A DNA stretch of 64,000 bases from Curvularia clavata (Eukaryota): positions 1,798,001 through 1,862,000 of the forward strand of contig CP089279.1 in NCBI GenBank assembly GCA_023920165.1. The letters are read 5' to 3'. Position 1 is the first letter of the stretch; every line of letters begins with the position of its first letter. Below are positions 24,526-35,517 of the stretch, piece after piece. Made by a program: the position numbers and the translations under genes. A model generated the notes under the pieces. It had not been told where the DNA came from. It saw nothing but the letters and a program-made list of their open reading frames with translations, and did no database searches.

Positions 24526-25953
24526 CTAAAAAGGCTATTAATAGAGATATTACTAGAAGCCTAAAAAAGATAAATAAAAGATTGATATAAGAAAATAATC
24601 TAAATATTTCTTTTAGTATACTTAAAAGAGTATTAAAAGAACAAGGCTAGGTAATAAATATTTGTTTAAAAAAAAATATATTAAACAAACAAAAAGCTAA
24701 AAAAAAACTAGCTTATTATAAAATATAGCTGACTAATCTAAGTGATATAGCTTTTACTAAGATTATATTCTCGGACGAGTCCGGGATTGAGCGTGGGCAT
24801 GGCTCTAGAGCTGAATTCTCTAGAAATCGCCGAAAAAAACGACAAAATCCAAAAATATATTCTATAAGAAATATAAGTACGTTTAAAAATATTTCTAATA
24901 AGCCAAAGTGTAGTACTATATATATATAACTATATTTATGTTATATATTTTATATATCTAGCTAACTAAGCCGATTTTTGGCCTATGATATAACTATCCA
25001 TGTTTGGGGAGCTATTTGGATAGGTGGAAGATCCGATCTAGTGGTTATAAAGACACCAAATAGTGTGATTAGTCATCGAAATTACCACTATATAAGAAAA
25101 TATCTAATACCCCATATGAAGCCAAAGTTACAAGCTAGTAAGTTATATATATTGTTCTACTAGTTATATATATATAACTATATATACATATGTATATATC
25201 ACTAACTAGTCATATTTTACTAATATATATTTAGGCTGGCATTTCCAACAAGATAACGCTAAAATCTATAAAGCTAGAAACGTTCTAGACTGGTTTAGGC
25301 GCCATCATATTAAGATTTTTGAATATCTAGCGCATAGTCCGGATTTAAATCCAATAGAAAACGTATAGAGCTTGCTTAAAAATTAGCTTACTAAGCTGCT
25401 AGCTAGTAGTCTTAGTACTAGCGCTAGTGAGACTAGTATAACTACGTTTATTATAGCTATTCACTAAGAGTAGCATAAAATACCACAAAAAGACATAGAT
25501 AGCTGTATTTTATCTATGCCAAAACGCTATAATAGAGTAGTTGAAGCTAAGAGCTAGTATACAAAATATTAGATAGCAATTTACTATTATTATCTAATAT
25601 ATTTGCTAAGACATAACTTATATATATGTCCTTTAATTTAGATATATAACTATAGCTAGAAAAAATATATATTATATATATATACTAATAGTATATAAAG
25701 ATAGCTATATAAATTCTAAAATCCAAGCGCGAAAAATACGTGTAAAGTTGACGTTTTCTTTTCTCTCTAGTTTCGCATTTTTGTATAACAGCTATATACT
25801 TATTTAATTATTTTTAAAACTATAGACCAAAAAAGCTAGTAAAGCTCCATACAGATCTTAAACCTTTATATTTTTAGCCATCTTATTGGTTGAGATATAG
25901 CCTAGTGAAAAATGCTATTTTTCCTTGTGATCTTTTTTCGTGTCACCCCACTG
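24526..25953 (+). mobile_element. 3' two-thirds of an intron-containing long-TIR Tc1 element, RIP-inactivated
   Basis: Homologous to 33068-35178: FSDESG, VWGAIW, QQDNA, SPDLNPIE, same two intron positions; TAG/TAA stops; right TIR ...GTGTCACCCCACTG-TA. Confidence 0.88.
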
Positions 25954-26077
25954 TAAATAGGAGAGCAACCTTACTAGTAAGAACTAGATTAATAACTTTA
26001 TTAAGTGAACTCCTAAGATCTATACACGCTAGAGCCGTCCCTATAATTACTAGTAAGCTATCTATAAAAATCTAGTA

Positions 26078-27429
26078 TAGTACTACGCCAAAAGTCTTGC
26101 CGCGCTAGCCGAATCCTCACCCCCACCGAAGTTGATCACCTATGAAAAAAACAGCTGTAACTCCACCAACAATAGCATTTTTTTCAAATTTTAAAAGCAG
26201 ATATATTTTCTAGATACTAGTATTTAGTTTGCCAGCCTCGCGCGCGCCGGCAGGCCAAAAGGCGGCGCGGCATGGACGCAATTAGCCGAGAAATCAGCTC
26301 GTCTGGTATCCGACTCCAGCAGTCTTTTAAAGCCTCGCAAAACCTATGCTACTCGTCTTAGGCTTGGCTATAATTTCTATATTGTGGATATATATCCTAC
26401 ATCTTTGTTTTAAGTGTCCACTAGAGGTGTTCAATTGGATTCAGATCTGGTGAGTAGGCTGGCCAGTCAAATGTCTGAATCTGGTGATCCGCGAGAAACG
26501 TCCGGACGACTCGGGCCGTGTGTATGCGCGCGTTATTATGCATAAAGATCTGATTTGAACGGTAGAAAGGGAGTAGGCCTTGATGAAGGGCTTAGATGTA
26601 ACTTTAGCTAGAGTAGCCACTATATTGGGCATTGGGATCCCTTTCTATGATTATAAGAGGACTCCGCTAAGCGCGGCCTCTTCTATCTAGCTATATAGCC
26701 CCCCATACCATCTACTATAAGCCCTGTTTTAGATCTATTTCGCTAATTATATCCTTGCTCCATTTCTCGTGTGGATAGCGAAAACACTACTCTCGTTAGG
26801 CGCCAGAGCCCTTCTAAATAGAGCACTCGTCTGAGAAGATAACCGTGCGGCGATACTAAGGGAAAAGCCGGTGCCTATAGGCAAACTTATAGCGCCGATA
26901 GGCAAAAAGACGGGTCAGTTTTGGCCGGCCTTTGCAGCGATATTTGCGTAGGCTAAAGCTTGAAAGGACCCGGCATAAAGTATAGCTGCTAGGGGGCTTA
27001 GAAGTCGAGCCGTCGGCATATATAAAGACGGCTTCTTTAATAAGTTATTTATATTATATTTTAGGCGATTGATGTGTAATACGATAGATAATCTTTTTCT
27101 AACGATTAGATAGTATTGTAGGACGGCCAGAGCGAGGCCTATCGCAAGTAGTGTGGGTGGTGTTGTACTTATTGTATAGTCGTTGGATGGTAGAGGCATC
27201 GCGGCGGAACACTATCGCGACTTCTTAATAGCTTGCACCTGCCTACAACATGCCGATAGCGATATTACGCTCGTCCACAGTCATGTTGCGACCTCTAGAC
27301 ATCTTTTGCAGTACTGCTAGATCGCATTGGGGTAGTGGAGCGTTGGTGGTGGGCGCTCGAAGTAGTGGGTAGTGTTAGTGGTTGGTGGGGTGGCTAGGTT
27401 ACCGAGGCAAAACTTTTGTCCCATAGCTA
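26078..27429 (-). mobile_element. Tc1-type (DD34E) transposon, diverged relative of 11823-13171, RIPed
   Basis: TA TSD; TIRs homologous to the 11823 element; minus-strand IFSDE and WPAYSPDLNPIEH; 1352 bp. Confidence 0.9.
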
Positions 27430-27886
27430 TAGCTATCTAACGCTAGTTTAACTTAGTCTAGGCAATAAAATAGAAGTAGAGTATTATAGATAATAATATC
27501 TATAACTTTAATAAAACTAGCTTTATAATAGGTAAGATTTTATTACAATTAGTTATTATAAATTTAGAAAAATATAGTAAAAAGAAGTAGATATAGCTAG
27601 ATAACTATAAGTAGATTACTACAATCTAAAATATAGGCGCATTAGATCGCTAGATACCATCTTTTATTATCTTTATAGATAAGGTGCTTATTAACGTCTA
27701 GTTTAAAAATTTGCCTACTAACTAGATTCTTAAAGTTAGTCCTAATAGCTAGACGAATAATTAGCTTAGTATTATCTAGCTAAAGTACTTTAATACCTAT
27801 ATAAAGAGATATACTATAGATAGATATTAACTGCTAATTATTAATAGCTATAAGAGCTACTACTCTGTCAAATTTTAAAATCTTTA

Positions 27887-29741
27887 ACGTAGTGGATAAG
27901 CGAGTCGCGCAGGCAAGCGAGTCGCGCACCTCACCAACTTTCTTACCCTATCATACTTGCCTCCATTATGGCTCCACGCCACGCTACTCAATTACTCTTA
28001 AACGAATTAGATATCTAGCTTACTATACAGTCTCTTAATTCTAATTAAATTCAAATAGGCCAGCGCGCAGCTTCGATCTTTAATATACCTAAATCGACAT
28101 TACGTAATTGAAGCGCTGGGAAGCGTGCTAGACGCGATTGCCAGCCTAACTTAAAGAAGCTTACTTAGATAGAAAAGGAGGTAATTATTAGCTATATATT
28201 TGATCTAGATCAGCGCAGATTTGCGCCTACCTATACTACCGTGCGCGATATAGCTGATAAGCTGCTAGCTGCGTGCAGCGCTGGCCAGGTTGGGCAGAAA
28301 TAGCTAGCTAACTTTATCAAGCGTACAGACAGTCTTACAACGCGTTTCAATTAGGCGTATGATAGGCAGAGAGCTCTATATAAAGATCTAGTCTTAATTA
28401 AGAGCTAGTTTAAGCTTATAGAGTAGACGAAAGCCAAGTACGGCATCTATGATGAGGACGTCTACAACTTTAACAAAGCTGGCTTCTTAATGGGCAAGAT
28501 TACTACTCAGCTTGTCGTTACAGCGTTAGAAAGAAGATCTCGACTAAAGGCTATCCAGCCAGATGGTCGCGAGTGGGTAACGTTTATCGCTACGATTAAC
28601 GCAGCCAGCTAGTCTATCCCACTATTTCTAATCTTTACTAGCAAGTATCACCTGTCTACTTGGTACGATGAGGCAGAGATCCCACGCGACTGGGCGATTG
28701 CAGTCAGCGATAACAGCTAGACGACTAACGAGCTAGAAGTCGAGTAGTTAAAGCACTTTATTAAGTATACAGAGGGTAAAGTTGTTAGAGCACGCCAGCT
28801 ACTTATTCTTGACGGCCATAAGAGCTACCAGTCACTTGAGTTCCAAGAGCTCTATAAGGAGAACAATATCTACACGCTCTATATGCCGCCTTACTCGTCT
28901 CACCTACTTCAGCCTCTCGACGTTGGCTGCTTCTCGCTATTGAAGCGCGCGTATAGCCGTAAGGTGGAGAGCCTAATACGTAACTATATTAACTATATCA
29001 CTAAGCTTAAGTTTTTACCAGCATTTAAGGCCGCCTTTAATCGCTCGTTTACCTCAGCTAATATCTGCTCTGCCTTCTATGGCGCAGGCCTTATGCCTCT
29101 CCAGCCAGATGTTGTTCTATTAAAGCTTAACGTGAAGCTGCGTACACCTACTCCACCAGCTGTTCTAACAGAGGCTCTCTGGCAAGCTCGTACACCTAGC
29201 AACACACGCGAGCTTGAAGCTTAATCGACGTTAATACGTAATCGCGTTTAGCGGCACCAAGACTTATCACTAGCTTTAATTATTATAGCAATTAGCCAGC
29301 TTAAGAAGGGGGCAGAGATAATAATGCTCTTAGCTGAGCTAATGCGCAATCGAATCGCCAGTCTTAAGATAGCTAATAAGATAGCAATAAAGTGTAGGCA
29401 GCGTAAAAGAAAGCGGATATAGAAGCGAGGGGTGATTATAAAGAGAGAAGGAGAGGATCTACTCGCGCAGCGTAAGGCAGATTAGCAGATTGCTTATAAA
29501 CAGCGCTATAGAGGAGAGCAATCAGGTGTCAGCCAACAGGCTTTAGCGCGCTATAGCAGGTGTAGAGAGACTGGCCATAATGCGCGTACATGTAAGAACG
29601 ATACTATAGTAACTAGTTAATCTACTACACCAATATATATTGAGATAGTCGTATAGTGGTGGAGTTATATGCTGATAGAGGTGCGAAGGTTTGGTGGGGT
29701 GCGCGACTCGCTTGCCTGCGCGACTCGCTTATCCACTACGT
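27887..29741 (+). mobile_element. pogo/Fot1-type DNA transposon, full length, RIPed transposase from ATG 27968
   Basis: TA-ACGTAGTGGATAAGCGAGTCGCGC TIRs; LILDGH, PPYSSHLLQPLDVGCF, C-terminal CRETGHNARTC; 1855 bp. Confidence 0.93.
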
Positions 29742-30262
29742 TATAAAAAGAAGAATATTGTTCTTTTCTACATATCTGCGCACTCGTCTTACTTATTACA
29801 GCCTCTTAACGTTGCCTACTTCTCGCTATTAAAGCGTAAGTATAGCGACGTTGTTCTAGACTTAGCACGTAACTATACTAACTATATTAGTAAGGAGACC
29901 TTCCTACTAGCCTTTAAGGCGGCTTTTAAGCAGTCTATTATAAAGAAAAATATCTAAGCTAGCTTTAAAGACGCTAGTCTAGTTCTACACGACCTATAGG
30001 CTATACTATCAAAGCTTGATATAGTAGTGCAGACACTATATTAATTACCGCGATAGATAGCCGCTTAGAAGGCGCAGACACCACGTAACGCGCGCGAGAT
30101 TAAAACTTAAATTAGTTTTATTTAATAGAGCGTAAGAAATTACCGTAGATCTTCTACTAATTTACTTACCAAATAGATCGCGCAGTTAAGTAAAGAGGCT
30201 CAGCAAATAGCATATAAGATAGTACTTCTAATAGAGAAAATTAGTACTCTTTAAGCAGCTCT

Positions 30263-30612
30263 TGTTGTAGATCTAAGCTAGTCAGCTAATCTACAGTATC
30301 TGGGTGCGTACTTCTACACCCAGAATCAACTTAGTCTATAGTCGATCTGTCAAGACTATAATCGATCTATAGACATCTGTCTATGACGCCAAAGATTACG
30401 CAAGCTACTACTAGATAGATTCTTCTAGAATCTACTCCAGCCAATATATATAGTAGTAGAATAGCTAGTAGATAGAAACCAGAGCAGTTTATACAAAGTC
30501 AATCGTGTCCATCAACTCTCTCCCCTAGCAATCTCTCGTCTATCTAGAGTCTCTCGATCAGGCTGTCTAAGTCTACTACTAGTAGTACTAGCAGCCACCT
30601 ATTACTTTGACA
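30263..30612 (+). mobile_element. Solo LTR, ~350-bp family, copy 3
   Basis: TGTTG...TGACA; 5-bp TSD GCTCT. Confidence 0.9.
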
Positions 30613-30985
30613 GCTCTTAACAAGTTAAATAAGCGTAAGAGCTATAAGCGGCGATATATATAGATAGAAGAGACTTTTACTATAGATAAAGTATAAGAAG
30701 TATTAGCTAAATAGGTAGATAGCAGTCGTAGCAACGGTAAGAGTACGTCGAAGAGGGTGCGAGAAGAGAGGCAGTGTGGGCGTTATAAATAGACTAGATA
30801 TAACGCTTATACCTATATAGTTAAGATAGATAGTATAAGTAATAGTGGCGATTCTAATAATTAAATTAGTATATTGCAATAGTTTATTAACTATAACAAA
30901 AGACTATAATAACATATCGACGTCGGCGCGCTGGTGGGGCGTGAGCCGCTCAGTTGGGTGAGCCGCTCGCTTGTGAACCACGTTA

Positions 30986-33065
30986 TAGTATTACTATGAA
31001 GTTTTCTTTTCTATACTGTTTAATCAAATAAATGAATTATACTCTAATATCTCTATTTTTACTATATTTTTTAATATCTATCTAGTATATTATAAGAAAT
31101 ATAATATTTTTTCTATCTATAAGCTATCTATACTTTATCATACTATTAGTTTAATAGTATTTATATCTATCTATTTAATTTTTTTAAAAGTATATTTATT
31201 ATGTTTAGTAAAAAGAAGAGTATAATTCAAAAAAGTTTACTTTTTTCCTCTTCTATAACTTATAGTTTAGCTAATCTAAATATATTCTTAAGTATATTTT
31301 GAAAAGAAGATTTATAATTTAGTTAATACTATTAAGTTATATACTATTGCTTAGGATAGTTTTATAGCTGAAACTAATTTAGAAGCTATATTAAATCAAA
31401 TTATTATCTGTATTTCCAGTATCGCTTATAAAATCTAAGTTAGGAGATTTTAGAAAAAAACTTTTAATTAATTAGTTTTTTATCATCTAGAACTAGATTC
31501 TAAAAGATATCTAAAAAAGCATTTTAAAATCAGTTAATATAGTTAAAAGTATTAAAAAATATTTTTTATATTATAAAATAAAATCAGCTCAAAATAGTGT
31601 TTTGAATAGCTTTTAGATCAAGATATTAAAAGAATTGTCAGATTTTTCTTTTATAAAAAGAGAATAAGAGTATAGTTAATTAGAGAATAGCTGATACTAA
31701 ATAAAAGTACTCTAATATTAGACTTTAAGTTAAATAGTATTTAAAAAGTTTACTAGCAGTAGTAGGGTTTAAGTCTAAATTTTCTTTGTCATTAATATCT
31801 AATATAGTTTCATTTTTTTTTTTTTTAATTTTATTATTCTATAGTAAAATTATATCTTTTATATTGTATTTCTATGTTGTAGTTTACTTATAGGTAGACA
31901 TGGTAAGAAGATAATTGAAGAAGCTAATGGATGATATCCGATTGATGAGGAAGACGTTTTAGATACGTAGTAGATAGAAATTAGTTAGAGGGTGATATTG
32001 ATTAAGTTGCCAGACTAGAGACTAAGGTTATAAGAATAGAGTATTTATAGTTGGAAGTCATATACTATACTACTATCTTACGCTTTATATCCTTATTATA
32101 ACTATAGTTTATTAAATATAGATTTTACTATCTATAGTTAGATATCTAATAAAGAAGTTATTATTATTTTATAGCTTAGTTCTATTTAGACTATTACTAG
32201 CTTTTTGAAATAAGAGCTAAACAGCTTTTAGTATCTAAGGTCTAGAGTCTAAAGGGCTATATATTTAAATCTCTACTAAGATAGTATCTTTTATTTTAAC
32301 TTTTTAATTTTTAGTAGACTAAGAGATAGTCTGCCGCTCGTTTATATGATGTATATTTTGGGCTAATCGCCGCAGGCGAGCCAATCACTGGAAATAAAAA
32401 TAGAAAGAAATAGTTTACTTATAAAAAGCATACAAAAATTCTAATTTAGTAAAATATTATTTACGAAAGAATTTAGATTTATATAAAACTTCTGTAAAGT
32501 TTAAAGCTAGATACTAAACAGAGTCTAAATTGTATCTAACTTACTATATCTAGTATTCTGGATTTAAATAGTATAATTTATTGATTAGAATCTTTTCTAT
32601 CTTTTTTTTTTTCTAAATTTTGAATAGAAGTAGCTAGAGACTTTGGAGATTCTTACTTTGAAAAAAGGTTTTAACAGTTTTTAAATCATAGGTTTAAAGT
32701 AAAGATATTGTTTGAGTCTAGAATTTTTTAGTAGATATAGATAGTATTAATATCTGAATATTTTTAAGTACTCTAAAAAATCTTTTTTATTGAGAAAAGC
32801 ACTTTCTACTTAAATAGTCTAATATGAAACTCTAAATACTTAGAAGGACTATATTTTACTATTTCAGTTAATGAAATAATAATATTGGTTAACTATAGAT
32901 TATCTACTATTTTAGACTTCCTCTATTTTTTTTTAGCTATCTTTGATATATTATATACATTAGTAGCTTTTTTTAACATATTTTTTCATAGTTGAATTTA
33001 TTGGTAAAAAGATAAGGACTGATAAAATATTTCTAGTTCTAATTCTACTCTAATTTAGAACTTTA
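30986..33065 (-). mobile_element. Chromodomain Ty3/Gypsy relic 3 (3' region, chromodomain, integrase end)
   Basis: Colinear with ~7250-9500 and with the reverse complement of ~22300-23900; very degraded. Confidence 0.75.
31893..32410 (+). mobile_element. SINE-like retroelement, subfamily 3, copy G (5'-truncated)
   Basis: 13-bp TSD TAGTTTACTTATA (31880-31892, 32411-32423); family 3' stem-loop and A-rich tail; lacks the GGCTTCGGCC end. Confidence 0.8.
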
Positions 33066-33067
33066 TA

Positions 33068-35178
33068 CAGTGGGGTGACACGAAAAAAGATCACAAGGAA
33101 AAATAGCATTTTTCACTAGGCTATATCTTAGCTAATAAAATAGCTAAAAATATAAAAGCTTAAGATTTGTATAGAGAATTACCAGCTCTTCTAGTCTATA
33201 ATCTAAAAAAAAGTTTAGTAAGTAAATAGCTCTTATAAAACAAAGCTAAACTAGTGAGAAAAAAAAACGTCAACTTTACACGTATTTTTCGCGCTGAGAT
33301 CTTGCAATTTATATAGCTATCTATATATAGATATATACTATTAGTATATATATATAATATATATTTTTTATAGCTATAGTTATTTGTCTAAATTAGAAGA
33401 TATATATATAACTTATATTTTAGTAAATATATAAGATAATAATAGTAAATTACTATCTAATATTTTGTATACCAGCCCTTAGCTTCCACTACTCTATTAT
33501 AGCGTTTGGGCATAGATAAAATACAGCTATCTATGTCTTTTTGTGGTATTTTATGCCACTCTTGGTGAATAGCTGTAATAAACGTATTTATACTAGTCTC
33601 ACTAGCGCCAGTGCCAAGACTAGAGCTTGGCAGCTTAGTAAGCCGATTTTTAAGCAAGCTCCATACGTTTTCTATTGGATTTAGATCTGGGCTATACGCT
33701 GGATGGTAGAAAAGTGTAATCTTATGGCGCTTAAACCAGTCTAAAACGTTTCTAGCTTTGTGGATTGTTGCGTTATCTTGTTGGAATTTCCAGCCTAAAT
33801 AGATATAGATTAGCTAACTATAACTGTATAGTTAGACTTATATATATATATTTATATATTTAGATATATATATATATATATAAGTAAAAATATATAGCAG
33901 AACCTACCGCGTTTTATATTCGGTTTTATACATGGTATTAGACATTTTCTAATATAGTGGTGATTTCGATGTTTTACTACGCTATTTGGCGTCTTAATAA
34001 CCACTAGATTGGATCTGCCACCTATCCAAATAGCTCCCCAAACTTGGATAGTTATATCATGGGCTAAAAATTGGCTTAGTCAGCTAGATATATAAAATAT
34101 AATATATATATATAGTTATATATGTATATAACTATATTTTGGCTTATTAGAAATATTTTTAAACGTACTTGTATTTTTAGTAGAGTATATTTTTGGATTT
34201 TGGTGGTATTTTGGCCTATTTCGAGAAAATTCGGCTCGAGATCCATATCCACGCTGGATTCCAGACTCGTCAGAAAATATAACTTTTTCAAAGTTAATAT
34301 TACTAAGCTTTTTAAGCTTATTTTTAGCGTAGAGTAGCCGTTTTTTAGCTTTTTTCTCGTTTAAAATTGGCTTTTTTTGACTAGTTGTTATAGTCCAGCC
34401 CTCTGCTTTTAAAACTCTTTGAAGAGTTCTACTAGATATTTCTAGATTATTTTCGTTTAATAATCTATTTTTTGGTTTTTTTGGACTGCGTAGTATATCT
34501 CTATTTAGAGCTCTTATTGCTCTAGAAGTTGTCTTAGAAATTCCGCCTAAACTAGCTCTTTTTGGCTCACTAATAGCTTTATATTTTCGTTTTATTCGAG
34601 CTATAGCGTTATATATAGACCGTGGATTTTTTTGAAAGTAATTTATTATATTTTTTATAGGTGTATTAGCGTCTAAAAACGCTTTGATTTGGCGTTCGAA
34701 ATTCGACAGTTGTGGCTCCATTGTGTGGGGAATACAGTTTTAAGTTGCTAGAAATGAAAAGCTATAGTTATATACTAGTTGATTACTAATAGCTGACTAA
34801 GCTAGTGCTTATGTAAGCTAGTGCCAAAATTTCAAATCTCATATAGCTATTTAACTAGATAGACAACTATAGCTTAAAACTATATATATTATATATAAAT
34901 ACTAATAGTATATATCTATATATAGATAGCTATATAAAATAACAAATATCAGCGCGAAAAATACGTGCAAAGTTGACGTTTTTTTTTCTCTCTAGTTTAG
35001 CTTTGTTTTATAAGAGCTATTTACTTACTAAACTTTTTTTTAGATTATAGACTAGAAGAGCTAGTAAATCTCTATACAAATCTTAAGCTTTTATATTTTT
35101 AGCTATTTTATTAGCTAAGATATAGCCTAGTGAAAAATGCTATTTTTCCTTGTGATCTTTTTTCGTGTCACCCCACTG
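33068..35178 (-). mobile_element. Full-length long-TIR Tc1 element, 2111 bp
   Basis: TA-CAGTGGGGTGACACGAAAAAAGATC at both ends; ~300-bp TIRs; TA TSD. Confidence 0.95.
33457..34721 (-). CDS. Tc1 DD34E transposase, 348 aa, three exons (34721-34169, 34063-33908, 33794-33457), open frame
   Basis: Introns GTACGT...GCTGAC...TAG and GTAGGT...CTAATC...TAG; splicing gives 1047 nt with no internal stop; IFSDES, VWGAIW, FQQDNA, PAYSPDLNPIENVW. Confidence 0.88.
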
Positions 35179-35517
35179 TATATGGAATGGAAATCGGACC
35201 AAATAAAGACATATACAAATGGTGGTAATACAGATTCAATAGTATTCCATATTTTACTCTCTTCATTTCGCTAAAGTTAGATAGTTACAAGGAGTAGAGG
35301 AGAGAGATTTATTGAGTACAACACTAGCGTGGCCAGCAAACCCGTATAGTCCACGAACCGAGGAGATATTTTACTTGTTGAAGAGACTGAGCACCTTTTC
35401 TGACCTAAACCTCGAGCATTCATACTGCGCCTTCATAGTAGAGATTGGTGAGTTGGCTGGTTGAGCAGATGCACCTCTCCAACCCTGTCCTTTAGTCATT
35501 CAACAATCTACTACTCT

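Larger units (their letters stand above)
25954..30983 (+). mobile_element. Second copy of the 17573 pogo family, 5' end missing, with three nested insertions
   Basis: Segments are colinear with ~17955-19419; right TIR ...CTTGTGAACCACGT-TA. Confidence 0.9.
130..35178. other. AT-rich, RIP-mutated nested transposon block (AT isochore / heterochromatin island)
   Basis: Very low GC and a strong excess of TpA; TE reading frames are interrupted by TAA/TAG at Gln/Trp positions; abrupt return to balanced GC after 35178. The left edge is approximate. Confidence 0.93.

Noticed and set aside
17292..25953. One Tc1 element enclosing all nested insertions
   Set aside because: Left and right TIRs belong to different subfamilies, and the flanks do not rejoin into one target sequence.
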